Below the pieces are notes generated by a model. That model was given only the letters and a program-made list of their open reading frames with translations, did not search any database and was not told where the DNA came from. Made by a program: the position numbers and the translations under genes. This document shows positions 53,583 through 63,271 of a stretch of 64,000 bases of DNA, one piece after another. Positions within the stretch are counted from its first letter, which is position 1; every line of letters starts with the position of its first letter. The stretch covers positions 2,395,419-2,459,418 of the forward strand of contig OY760933.1 in NCBI GenBank assembly GCA_963664235.1. The letters are read 5' to 3'. The stretch is from Acidimicrobiales bacterium (GTDB taxonomy: Bacteria > Actinomycetota > Acidimicrobiia > Acidimicrobiales > CATQHL01).

Positions 53583-55093
53583 CCCGGCTCGGATTCCTGC
53601 TCGACAGCGAGAGCTGCATCGGCTGTCACGCCTGCACGGTTGCGTGCAAGAGCGAGCACGACATACCCCTGGGCGTGAACCGCACCTGGGTGAAGTACAT
53701 CGAGACCGGCTCGTTCCCCGATGCCACCCGGCACTTCTCGGTGATGCGGTGCAACCACTGTGACGACGCGCCGTGCATCAGCATCTGTCCCACCAACGCC
53801 CTGTTCCGGGCGGCCAACGGCGTCGTGGACTTCGATGACGACAACTGCATCGGCTGCAAGGGGTGCATGAACGCCTGCCCCTACGACGCCATCTACATCA
53901 ACCCGGCCACCGACACCGCCAACAAGTGCAATTTCTGCAACCACCGCATCGAGCAGGGTCTCGAGCCGAGCTGCGTGGTGGTCTGTCCAACCCATGCCAT
54001 CAAGGTGGCCGACCTCGACGACCCCGACGACGAGACCACCCGGCTCATCGCCCGCAGCGAGACAGCGGTGCGGGCCCCGGAGCAGGGGACCCTGCCCAAG
54101 GTGCACTACCTGGGCGCCGATCCGGCCTCGCTCGACCCGCTGCGCACCGCGATCGCCCCCGACGGGATGATCTGGGCCGACACCACCGCCCAGCACCCCA
54201 CCGCCGAACCCGGCGGTCATGGGGTGGTGGCCCGCACCACCTACACCACGGCGCACGAGATGACGTGGAAGGCGAAGGTGTCGAGTTACCTGGTCACCAA
54301 GGCCGTGGCCGCGGGCGTGATGGCTGTGGCTGCGCTGCTGGTGCTGCTCGGCCACGGCGGCGACCAGGCGATCGTGGGTGTCGTGCCGCCGGTGGTTGCC
54401 GGCGTGTTCCTGGCAATCACCGGCGTGCTGCTGGTTTGGGACCTGCGCCGACCGGACCGGTTCTTGTATCTCATCACGCGAGCCAACCCCCGGTCCTGGC
54501 TGGTGAAGGGAGCGGTGGTCCTCGGGGCATTCGCCGCGGTGTGCGCGGCATGGTTCATCGCCGGTGTGGTCGGTTCGGGCGGGGCGTTGGTCGTGCTCGC
54601 CGCGCCTGGCGCGCTGCTGGCCGCCGCCACGGCGGGCTACACCGCGTTCCTGTTCGGCCAGTGCGAGGGTCGCGACCTCTGGCAGACCCACCTGTTGCTA
54701 CCGACGCTGCTCGCGCAGGCGGCGACCGCAGGCGGCGCCGGCTACGCCACCCTGGCGCTGGTCGTCGACGTGCCCGAGCACGGCGCCATCCAGTGGGTGC
54801 TGCTGGCGGGGCTGCTGGCCACGGCGGTGCTCGTGGCGGCGGAGGTCCTGTCGGCCCGAACGGCCCACGTACGGGCCGCGGTGGCAGCAATGACCCGGGG
54901 CCCCTATGCCCGGCGCTTCTGGGGCGGGGGCGTGGTGCTGGGACTGGCGGTGCCGGTTGTGTTCGTCAGCGTCGGCCTCGCAACCGACTTGGGGTCCTGG
55001 CCGGCCGCGGTGGCCGGCATCAGCGCCGTGGCCGGCATGTGGTTCTACGAGGACAGCTTCGTGCGGGCGGGCCAGTCCGTCCCGCTGTCCTGA
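53579..55093 (+). CDS. fused 4Fe-4S ferredoxin (DmsB/SoeB-like) and NrfD/SoeC-like membrane subunit
   Basis: CIGCHACTVAC, CNHCDDAPCISIC, CIGCKGCMNAC and CNFCNHR..CVVVCP, followed by about 8 hydrophobic helices. Confidence 0.8.
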   Translation: MTRLGFLLDSESCIGCHACTVACKSEHDIPLGVNRTWVKYIETGSFPDATRHFSVMRCNHCDDAPCISICPTNALFRAANGVVDFDDDNCIGCKGCMNACPYDAIYINPATDTANKCNFCNHRIEQGLEPSCVVVCPTHAIKVADLDDPDDETTRLIARSETAVRAPEQGTLPKVHYLGADPASLDPLRTAIAPDGMIWADTTAQHPTAEPGGHGVVARTTYTTAHEMTWKAKVSSYLVTKAVAAGVMAVAALLVLLGHGGDQAIVGVVPPVVAGVFLAITGVLLVWDLRRPDRFLYLITRANPRSWLVKGAVVLGAFAAVCAAWFIAGVVGSGGALVVLAAPGALLAAATAGYTAFLFGQCEGRDLWQTHLLLPTLLAQAATAGGAGYATLALVVDVPEHGAIQWVLLAGLLATAVLVAAEVLSARTAHVRAAVAAMTRGPYARRFWGGGVVLGLAVPVVFVSVGLATDLGSWPAAVAGISAVAGMWFYEDSFVRAGQSVPLS

Positions 55094-55107
55094 CCGGAGA
55101 TCGAGGC

Positions 55108-57921
55108 GTGACCGAACTGCACAGCTACCCCCCGCACGAGACCTGGCACGACGTCACCTCGCTCGACGCCAAGGCCTGGCCCCGCCGCGAGGAGCACCAT
55201 CACACCCTGGTGCCCACCACCTGCTTCAACTGCGAGGCCGCCTGCGGGCTGGTGTGCCACGTCAACCACGCCACCGGGCGCATCGACCGCGTCGAGGGCA
55301 ACCCGTTGCATCCGGCCAGCCGGGGTCGCAACTGCGCCAAGGGCCCGGCCACGCTCAACCAGATCGACGACCACGAGCGCATCCTGGCCCCGCTGAGGCG
55401 GGTCGGGGAGCGGGGCGCCGGGCAATGGGAGCAGGTGAGCTGGGAGGAGGCACTGACTGACATCGGTGGGCGCATCCGCGCCGCCATCGCCGAGGGTCGC
55501 CACAACGAGGTGATGTACCACGTGGGCCGCCCCGGCGAGGACGGCTACGCCGAGCGGGTGCTCCAGTGCTGGGGGGTGGACGGCCACAACAGCCACACCA
55601 ACATCTGCAGCTCCAACGCCCGCATCGGCTACCAGAGCTGGATGGGCCATGACCGCCCGTCGTCGGACTTCGCCAACGCCGAGGTGATCTTCCTGATCTC
55701 GTCGCACCTGGAGTCGGGCCACTACTTCAACCCGCACGCCCAGCGGATCATCGAGGCGCAGGGCAAGGGTGCGACGGTCATCTGCGTCGACCCCCGGCTC
55801 TCCAACACCGGAGCCAAGGCCGACCACTGGCTGCCGGCGTGGCCCGGCACCGAGCCGTTCCTGCTGCTGGCCATCGCCCGGCTGCTGCTGGTCAACGGCA
55901 CGTGGGAGCGGGACTTCGTGCGGCGCTGGACCAATTGGGAGGTCTACCTGCGGGAGCGGCATCCGCACCGGCCGACCGGGTTCGACTCGCTGGGCCCCGC
56001 CCTGGCAGACGACTACGCCGCCTACACGCCCGAAGAGGCCGAACGGGTCTGCGGCGTGGACGCGGCCCAGATCACCGAGATCGCTGAGATCATCGGCGCC
56101 CACCCGACAAAGTTCGCCTCCCACAACTGGCGGGCCGCGGGCGCGGGCAACCTGGGCGGCTGGCAGACGGCCCGTTGCCTGTTCTTCCTCAACGTGCTGA
56201 CCGGCTCGGTGGGCACCGTCGGGGGCACCACCGGCAACGGCTGGAACAAGTACAAGGCACCCCACCCTCCCGGCGCTCCGCCCTTCGAGCAGTGGAACGA
56301 ACTGAGTTGGCCGCAGGAGTACCCGCTGGCCTACCACGAGATGTCGATCCTGCTGCCGCACTTCCTGGCCGAGGGCCGGGGCCGCCTGGAGGTGTACTTC
56401 AGCCGGGTCTACAACCCGGTGTGGACCAACCCCGACGGGTTCAGCTGGCTGGAGGCCCTCAGTGACCCGGAGAAGGTCGCCTGCCACGTGGCCCTCACGC
56501 CCACCTGGTCGGAGACGGCCCTCTTCGCCGACTACGTGCTGCCCATGGGAGTGGGCGCCGAGCGACACGACGTGGCCAGCTTCGAGACCCACGCCGGTCG
56601 CTGGATCGGCTTCCGCCAGCCGGTGCTGCGGCGCTACGCCGAGATTCGCGGCGATGACGTGACCCACGAGTCCCGCACGCACGAGTTCAACCCGGGCGAG
56701 GTGTGGGAGGAGAACGAGTTCTGGATCGAACTGTCGTGGCGCATCGACCCGGACGGTTCCCTGGGCATCCGCCGCTGGTTCGAGAGCCCCGCCCGACCCG
56801 GTACGCCGATGAGCGTCGACGAGTACTACGGGGCCATGTTCGCGGCGGTGCCCGGCCTGGCCGAAGATTCCGAGGCGGCGGGTCAGACCCCCCTGGAGTT
56901 CATGCGCGACAGGGGCGCCTACGCGCTCGACGGCGACATGTACGAGCCGTACGAGCGCCAGGTCGAGGCGGCCGAGTTGGAGGGTTGCCACCTCGACGAC
57001 TCCGGCGTGTTCCGCCGCGCCGGCACCCCAGGGGGCTGGTCGGGCTCGCCGGAGGATCTGGCCGGCCTCCATCTGCCGGGCCTCGGCGACGGCTCACCGG
57101 CGGTGCAGGTGGACGGCACGCCCCGGGAGGGCTTCCCCACGCCCTCGCGCAAGCTGGAGTTGTACTCCCAGACGCTGGCGGACTGGGGCTGGCCCGAGTA
57201 CGCCACACCGACCTGGATCCCGTCCCACGTGCATTGGGAGGACCTCGACCTTGCCGGCGACGAGCGCATCCTGCTTCCGACGTTCCGCATCCCGACGCTG
57301 ATCCACACCCGCTCGGGCAACAGCAAGTGGTTGAACGAACTGAGCCATCGCCACCCGCTGTGGATCCATCCCTCCGACGCCGAGGCCCTCGGAATCGAGG
57401 TGGGCGGCCTGGTGAGGATCACCACCCGGATCGGCCACTTCGTGATCGGCGCCTGGCGCACCGAGGGCATCCGCCCCGGTGTCGTGGCGGCCTCGCACCA
57501 CATGGGCCGCTGGCGCCTCGATCCCTCCGGCGGAGGATCGTGGGCGGGCGGCGACGCCGACATCAGCCGCGACGGCACGACCTGGCGACTCAGTCGCCAG
57601 GGCCGCCCGCAGCCCCATGCCAGCGCGGATGACGACACCGAACGCATCTGGTGGAGCGACACCGGCGTGCACCAGAACCTCACGTTCAGCGTGCAGCCCG
57701 ACCCGGTGTCGGGCATGCAGTGCTGGCACCAGCGGGTGCGCGTGACGCCCGCCCAACCCGGCGACAGCTACGGCGACGTGGTGGTCGACACCGCCGAGGC
57801 GCGGGCGGCCTACGGGGAGTGGCTGGCCATGACCCGCCCGGCTCCGGGGCCCGGCGGTCTGCGCCGGCCCCTGTGGTACGCCCGCCCGCTGAAGCCCGCC
57901 CCCGCCGCCTACGCCCTCTGA
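55108..57921 (+). CDS. molybdopterin oxidoreductase catalytic subunit without a Tat signal (SoeA-like)
   Basis: GTG at 55108. CFNCEAACGL..C N-terminal FeS motif. MopB core, with a C-terminal dinucleotide-binding barrel (HPLWIHPSDAEALGIEVGGLVRI). No twin-arginine leader. Confidence 0.85.
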   Translation: MTELHSYPPHETWHDVTSLDAKAWPRREEHHHTLVPTTCFNCEAACGLVCHVNHATGRIDRVEGNPLHPASRGRNCAKGPATLNQIDDHERILAPLRRVGERGAGQWEQVSWEEALTDIGGRIRAAIAEGRHNEVMYHVGRPGEDGYAERVLQCWGVDGHNSHTNICSSNARIGYQSWMGHDRPSSDFANAEVIFLISSHLESGHYFNPHAQRIIEAQGKGATVICVDPRLSNTGAKADHWLPAWPGTEPFLLLAIARLLLVNGTWERDFVRRWTNWEVYLRERHPHRPTGFDSLGPALADDYAAYTPEEAERVCGVDAAQITEIAEIIGAHPTKFASHNWRAAGAGNLGGWQTARCLFFLNVLTGSVGTVGGTTGNGWNKYKAPHPPGAPPFEQWNELSWPQEYPLAYHEMSILLPHFLAEGRGRLEVYFSRVYNPVWTNPDGFSWLEALSDPEKVACHVALTPTWSETALFADYVLPMGVGAERHDVASFETHAGRWIGFRQPVLRRYAEIRGDDVTHESRTHEFNPGEVWEENEFWIELSWRIDPDGSLGIRRWFESPARPGTPMSVDEYYGAMFAAVPGLAEDSEAAGQTPLEFMRDRGAYALDGDMYEPYERQVEAAELEGCHLDDSGVFRRAGTPGGWSGSPEDLAGLHLPGLGDGSPAVQVDGTPREGFPTPSRKLELYSQTLADWGWPEYATPTWIPSHVHWEDLDLAGDERILLPTFRIPTLIHTRSGNSKWLNELSHRHPLWIHPSDAEALGIEVGGLVRITTRIGHFVIGAWRTEGIRPGVVAASHHMGRWRLDPSGGGSWAGGDADISRDGTTWRLSRQGRPQPHASADDDTERIWWSDTGVHQNLTFSVQPDPVSGMQCWHQRVRVTPAQPGDSYGDVVVDTAEARAAYGEWLAMTRPAPGPGGLRRPLWYARPLKPAPAAYAL

Positions 57922-57944
57922 TCCGACCAACGGAGGATGAAGAC

Positions 57945-59711
57945 ATGACCCGCATGACCCCCAGCGAGGCGTTCGTGGAGACGATGGTTGCCCACGGCGT
58001 CGACACCATCTTCGGCATCATGGGCAGCGCGTTCATGGACGCCATGGACATCTTCGAGCCGGCCGGCATCGAGTTGGTGCCGGTCGTGCACGAGCAGGGC
58101 GCCGCCCACATGGCCGACGGCTTCAGCCGGGTGAGCGGCCGCCACGGCGTCGTAATCGGCCAGAACGGCCCGGGGATCTCCAACTGCGTGACCGCCGTCG
58201 CGGCGGCGTTCTGGGCTCACAGCCCGGTGGTGGTCGTGACTCCCGAGGCGGGGACGATGGGCATAGGTCTGGGAGGCTTCCAGGAGGCCAACCAGCTGCC
58301 CATGTTCCAGGAGTTCACCAAGTACCAGGGCCACGTCAACAACGAGCACCGCATGGCCGAGCTGACCGCCCGCTGCTTCGATCGGGCGCTCTCGGAGATG
58401 GGGCCGACGCAGCTCAACATTCCCCGGGACCGCTTCTACGGCGACATCGACGTGGACATCGCGCCGCCGCAGCACCTGGATCGGGGCCCGGGCGGCGACC
58501 GCTCCCTGGACTCGGCGGCCGAGCTGCTGGCCGGGGCCACCTTCCCGGTGATGATCGCCGGTGGCGGGGTGGTGATGGGCGACGCCACCGCCGAGACGGT
58601 GGCGCTGGCCGAGCGCCTGGGGTGTCCGGTGGTGAACAGCTACCTGCACAACGATTCCTTCCCGGCGTCGCACCCGCTGTGGTGCGGGCCGCTGGGCTAC
58701 CAGGGCTCCAAGGCGGCGATGCGCCTCATCGCGCGGGCCGATGTGGTGCTGGCGCTGGGCACCCGGCTGGGGCCGTTCGGAACCCTGCCGCAGCACGGCC
58801 TGGAGTACTGGCCCACCGAGGCCAAGGTCATCCAGGTGGACGCCGATGCCAAGATGCTCGGCCTGGTCAAGCGCATCGACGTGGGCATCTGCGGTGACGC
58901 CGGTGCGGCGGCGACAGCGCTCAGCCGCCGGTTGGCCGGTCGGGAACTGGCGTGCGATGCAACCCGTGCGCAGCGGGCCGCCGACATCGCGGCCGGCAAG
59001 GCCGACTGGGAGGCCGAGCTGGACGACTGGACCTCCGAGACCGACGACTTCAGCATCGACATGATCAAGCAGGCCGCCGCGGAGGCCGACGACTGGATGC
59101 ATCCCCGCCAGGTGCTGCGCGAACTCGAGCGGGCGATGCCGGAGCGGGTGATGGTGTCCACCGACATCGGCAACATCAACTCGGTGGCCAACAGCTACCT
59201 GCGCTTCGAGGAGCCCCGCTCGTTCTTCGCGGCCATGAGCTGGGGAAACTGCGGCTACGCGCTGCCGACGATCATCGGGGCCAAGAAGGCCGCCCCGGAC
59301 CGGCCGGCAGTGGCCTACGTGGGCGACGGGGCGTGGGCCATGAGCATGGTGGAGACCATGACCGCGGTGCGCCACAACATCCCGGTCACCGCGGTGGTGT
59401 TCCACAACCGCCAGTGGGGCGCCGAGAAGAAGAACCAGGTGGACTTCTACGGTCAACGGTTCGTGGCCGGCGAACTGGACGGCGGCGAGGACTGGTCCGA
59501 GGTGGCCCGGGCCATGGGCGCCAACGGCGTGCGGGTCCATCACCTCGACGAGGTGGGCCCGGCGTTGAGCGCGGCCATCGACGCCCAGATGAACGGCGGC
59601 CGCACCACCGTCATCGAAGCCATGTGCACCATGGAGTTGGGCGATCCGTTCCGCAAGGACGCCCTCAGCCGCCCCGTCCGCCACCTGGACAAGTACCGGG
59701 ACTACACCTGA
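57945..59711 (+). CDS. xsc: sulfoacetaldehyde acetyltransferase (TPP-dependent)
   Basis: MTRMTPSEAFVETMVAHGVDTIFGIMGSAFMDAMDIF..IGQNGPGISNCVTAV..GGFQEANQLPMF..NIPRD..GDGAW. Xsc-like over its whole length, from memory of the family. GGAGGA RBS. Confidence 0.8.
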   Translation: MTRMTPSEAFVETMVAHGVDTIFGIMGSAFMDAMDIFEPAGIELVPVVHEQGAAHMADGFSRVSGRHGVVIGQNGPGISNCVTAVAAAFWAHSPVVVVTPEAGTMGIGLGGFQEANQLPMFQEFTKYQGHVNNEHRMAELTARCFDRALSEMGPTQLNIPRDRFYGDIDVDIAPPQHLDRGPGGDRSLDSAAELLAGATFPVMIAGGGVVMGDATAETVALAERLGCPVVNSYLHNDSFPASHPLWCGPLGYQGSKAAMRLIARADVVLALGTRLGPFGTLPQHGLEYWPTEAKVIQVDADAKMLGLVKRIDVGICGDAGAAATALSRRLAGRELACDATRAQRAADIAAGKADWEAELDDWTSETDDFSIDMIKQAAAEADDWMHPRQVLRELERAMPERVMVSTDIGNINSVANSYLRFEEPRSFFAAMSWGNCGYALPTIIGAKKAAPDRPAVAYVGDGAWAMSMVETMTAVRHNIPVTAVVFHNRQWGAEKKNQVDFYGQRFVAGELDGGEDWSEVARAMGANGVRVHHLDEVGPALSAAIDAQMNGGRTTVIEAMCTMELGDPFRKDALSRPVRHLDKYRDYT

Positions 59712-59728
59712 CCGCAGAGAGGTCACCC

Positions 59729-60964
59729 ATGAGCAGCAGTCCCAACCCCAAGACCGTTGTCATGATCGGCGCGCTGGACACCAAGGGCGCCGAATTCGCC
59801 TTCGTCAAGCAACTCATCGAGTCCGAAGGGCTGGAGGTGCTGGTGGTCGACTTCGGGACGATGGGGGAGCCCGCCTTGGAGCCCGCCGTCTCGCGGGCCG
59901 AGGTCGCAGCGGCGGCGGGGGGCGACATCTCCTACCTCGCCTCGGGTGAGCACAAGGACGAGGCGATGCAGACGATGGCGAACGGTCTCGCCGTGGTCGT
60001 CCGCCGGCTGTACGAGGAGGGAAGGCTCGGAGGGATCATCGGCATGGGCGGCACCGGCGGCACCTCCATCGCCACCACCGGGATGCGGGTCCTGCCGGTG
60101 GGTGTTCCCAAGGTGATGGTGTCCACCGTGGCCGGCGGCGACGTCAGCGCGTACGCGGGGACCAGGGACATCACCTTCATCCCGTCCATCGTGGACGTGG
60201 CCGGGATCAACAGCATCAGCCGCGCCATCTTCGCCAACGCCGCAGGTGCGATCGCCGGCATGGTGAGCATGGAGCGCCCGCCGGCCGGCGAGGAACGCCC
60301 GCTGGTGACCGCCTCCATGTTCGGCAACACCACGACATGCGTCGAGCGGGCCCGCGGTGTCGTGGAGGCAGGCGGCTACGAGGTCCTCGTCTTTCACGCC
60401 ACCGGCATCGGCGGCAACACCATGGAGAGCCTGATCGCCGACGGCTACATCGCAGGCTCCCTGGACATCACGACCACCGAGCTGGCCGACTACGTCTGCG
60501 GGGGCGTCTTCAGCGCGGGGCCCGAGCGCTGCAAGGCCGCCTCTGGCGCCGGCATCCCTGCGGTCGTGGTTCCGGGATGCGTCGACATGGCGAACTTCGA
60601 TGGCATCGAGACGGTTCCCGAGCGGTACCGGGGCCGGAATCTGTACCAGTGGAACCCCAACGTCACGCTGCTGCGCACCGACGTGGAGGAGAACATCCGG
60701 ATCGGCGAGATCATCGCCGCCGCCGTCAACGGTGCGACGGCGCCGACCGCTGTGCTGCTGCCCATGCGGGGCGTGTCGATGCTGGACAGCGAGGGGGAGA
60801 GGTTCTGGGACCCCGAGGCCGATGCGGCATGCTTCGACGCCATCCGCAGCGGGCTCCGGGCGGACGTGGCGGTCCATGAGGTAGACCACAACATCAACGA
60901 TCCCGCCTTCGCCGACTACGCGGCCAACACGCTGTTGGGGATGCTGTCGGACGCCGGCGGATAG
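59729..60964 (+). CDS. UPF0261 / Tm-1-like ATP-binding protein
   Basis: [52 protein letters not shown]. Confidence 0.7.
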   Translation: MSSSPNPKTVVMIGALDTKGAEFAFVKQLIESEGLEVLVVDFGTMGEPALEPAVSRAEVAAAAGGDISYLASGEHKDEAMQTMANGLAVVVRRLYEEGRLGGIIGMGGTGGTSIATTGMRVLPVGVPKVMVSTVAGGDVSAYAGTRDITFIPSIVDVAGINSISRAIFANAAGAIAGMVSMERPPAGEERPLVTASMFGNTTTCVERARGVVEAGGYEVLVFHATGIGGNTMESLIADGYIAGSLDITTTELADYVCGGVFSAGPERCKAASGAGIPAVVVPGCVDMANFDGIETVPERYRGRNLYQWNPNVTLLRTDVEENIRIGEIIAAAVNGATAPTAVLLPMRGVSMLDSEGERFWDPEADAACFDAIRSGLRADVAVHEVDHNINDPAFADYAANTLLGMLSDAGG

Positions 60965-60974
60965 GAGCGGTTCC

Positions 60975-61796
60975 GTGGCAATTTCACGTAGCGAGATCCT
61001 CCGGCGGGTGCGCGCCGAGGTCGCCGCGGGCAGGCCCATCGTCGGCTGTGGCGCCGGCACCGGCATCTCCGCCAAGTGCGCCGAGGCAGGCGGGGCGGAC
61101 CTCATCATCATCTACAACTCCGGGAGGTACCGCATGGCGGGCCGCGGCTCGCTGGCCGGCCTCATGCCCTACGGCGACGCCAACGGGATCGTTGTCGAGA
61201 TGGCCGCCGAGGTTCTTCCCGTGGTGGCCGACACGCCGGTGCTGGCGGGGGTCTGCGGCACCGACCCGTTCCGCCTCATGCCTGTGTTCCTGCGGCAATT
61301 GAAGGAGATCGGCTTCTCGGGCGTCCAGAACTTCCCGACGGTGGGGCTCATCGACGGCGCTTTCCGGAGAAACCTGGAAGGCACCGGGATGGGATACGAC
61401 AAAGAGGTCGAAGCCATCGGTACCGCACACCAGCTGGACCTGTTCACCTCGCCGTACGTCTTCGACGAGGCCCAGGCTGTGATGATGGCCGAGGCGGGCG
61501 CGGACATGCTCGTGGCCCACGTGGGGCTCACCACCTCGGGCAGCATCGGCGCCACCGATGCCATGACCCTCGACGAGGCCATCGAGACCGTGCAGGGAAT
61601 CGCCCAGGCAGGCCACGGCGTGCGCGAGGACCTCCTCGTCATCTGCCACGGCGGGCCGTTCGACGAGCCGGGCAACGTGGGTGAGGCGCTGGGGCGGCTT
61701 CCCAGCAGCGTCGGATTCTTCGGCGCCTCGAGCATCGAACGCCTCCCCACCGAGCGCGCCATCACCGATCAGGTGCGGGCGTTCAAGGCCCTCTAG
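60975..61796 (+). CDS. phosphoenolpyruvate hydrolase-like TIM-barrel protein
   Basis: [59 protein letters not shown]. Confidence 0.7.
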   Translation: MAISRSEILRRVRAEVAAGRPIVGCGAGTGISAKCAEAGGADLIIIYNSGRYRMAGRGSLAGLMPYGDANGIVVEMAAEVLPVVADTPVLAGVCGTDPFRLMPVFLRQLKEIGFSGVQNFPTVGLIDGAFRRNLEGTGMGYDKEVEAIGTAHQLDLFTSPYVFDEAQAVMMAEAGADMLVAHVGLTTSGSIGATDAMTLDEAIETVQGIAQAGHGVREDLLVICHGGPFDEPGNVGEALGRLPSSVGFFGASSIERLPTERAITDQVRAFKAL

Positions 61797-61882
61797 GCGG
61801 ACTGCGCGGCCTCGGATCCGGATCTCTCCGCGGACTGCGGCGCGCCGAGCGCTGCCGGTGACCTCGTAGCCTCGATGCCGGG

Positions 61883-63094
61883 ATGACCAGCGACGCAGAG
61901 AGTTCCATCGCCGAGATCGTCGCCAACGACCTGTGTGTCGGCTGCGGTCTGTGCGAGGCGCTCACCGGGGGTCGAGTCAAGATGGTGATGACACCGGCCG
62001 GGTCGCTGCGACCCTCGTCGGTCGACGCGTTCTCGCGCCGGGAGGAGGCGCAGCTGGTGGCCGCGTGCCCGGGCGCGGTGGCGGAGGCTCGCATCGAGGA
62101 CGGCATCGATACTGATCTCGTGTGGGGAGCGCACCGGTGGATGGCATATGCGTGGGCCGGCCGGCCCGGGACGCGCCACCGGGCCGCGACCGGGGGAGTG
62201 CTGACCGCGCTGGGCGTTCATGTGCTGCGCACCGGCCGGGCCGACTTCGTGCTTCACGTCGGGGCCGACCCCGAACGGCCCATGCGCAGCCGCTGGATCC
62301 ATTCGGAGGACCCCGAGTCGGTCCGCGCCAACACGAGTTCGCGCTACGGGCCGACCGCACCGCTCGCAGGCCTCGCCGCAGCGCTGGAGCGTCGCCGCCC
62401 CTTCGCGATCATCGCCAAGCCGTGCGACCTTGGAGCCGTGCACGCGCTTTCGAAGAGCGATCCTCGTGTCGACGAGTTGTGCGTGGTCCGTCTGGCTCTC
62501 GTGTGCGGCGGCCAGTCGCGCCTGTCCAAGTCGCAGGCCGCCCTCGCCGAGTTCGGCATCGAGGAGGACGCCGTGGCGCTGTTCCGCTACCGCGGCCACG
62601 GCAACCCGGGGCCGACCGTGGTGGAGACCACCGCCGGCGAGCGCTTCACGAAGTCCTACCTGGAGATGTGGGAGGACGAGTCCGGTTGGGACGTCGAGAC
62701 TCGCTGCAAGCTGTGTCCCGATGCCCTGGGTGAGGCGGCCGACGTGGCCGCGGCCGACGTCTGGCCCGGCGGGTCGCCGACCGGCGACGACGAGGGGTTC
62801 AACGGGATCATTGTGCGCACCGCGGTCGGCGAGGACCTCGTGGCCTCAGCGGTCGAAGCCGGAGACCTCGTGGTCGGGGACCCCATCACGCCGAGAGAGT
62901 TCGACGGCCTCCAGCCGCACCAGGTCCGCAAGAAGGAGGCCCTGGCCGCTCGCTATGAGGGGTTGGCCGACGCGGGTGTCGCTCCTATTGAGACCAGCGG
63001 TCTGCGCATCGCCGAACTCGGGCGCCGGATCGACGCAGAACGCTTCGCGCACGAACGCTCCGGCGCACGCCGCAGGATCCGGGCGACGGGCTAG
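61883..63094 (+). CDS. FrhB/FdhB-family (coenzyme F420 hydrogenase/dehydrogenase beta-like) protein
   Basis: NDLCVGCGLCEA, SGG-like ATGGVLTAL, IAKPCDLGAV and CKLCPD. Confidence 0.65.
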   Translation: MTSDAESSIAEIVANDLCVGCGLCEALTGGRVKMVMTPAGSLRPSSVDAFSRREEAQLVAACPGAVAEARIEDGIDTDLVWGAHRWMAYAWAGRPGTRHRAATGGVLTALGVHVLRTGRADFVLHVGADPERPMRSRWIHSEDPESVRANTSSRYGPTAPLAGLAAALERRRPFAIIAKPCDLGAVHALSKSDPRVDELCVVRLALVCGGQSRLSKSQAALAEFGIEEDAVALFRYRGHGNPGPTVVETTAGERFTKSYLEMWEDESGWDVETRCKLCPDALGEAADVAAADVWPGGSPTGDDEGFNGIIVRTAVGEDLVASAVEAGDLVVGDPITPREFDGLQPHQVRKKEALAARYEGLADAGVAPIETSGLRIAELGRRIDAERFAHERSGARRRIRATG

Positions 63095-63271
63095 GCGCCC
63101 CGGGGAGAGAGTCCACCGCGCCGGCGGCCGGCGAATCTCCCGGCTTGCCTGGGAACCGAGTAGCGCTTCGGCTCGACGGCTATTCCCTGGCGTCGAGGCG
63201 GTTGAGCTTTCCGGGCCATGTGAGAATGAGTTCGTCGTTGTCACCTCGGCGGTCAGGCACCCGGGGAGGGT

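Noticed and set aside
53863-55107. N-terminal 415 aa of the 1352-aa ORF 53863..57921
   Set aside because: This part overlaps the FeS/NrfD gene out of frame and is Arg/Gly/Pro-rich. Molybdopterin homology, including the CxxCxxxC cluster, begins just after the GTG at 55108.
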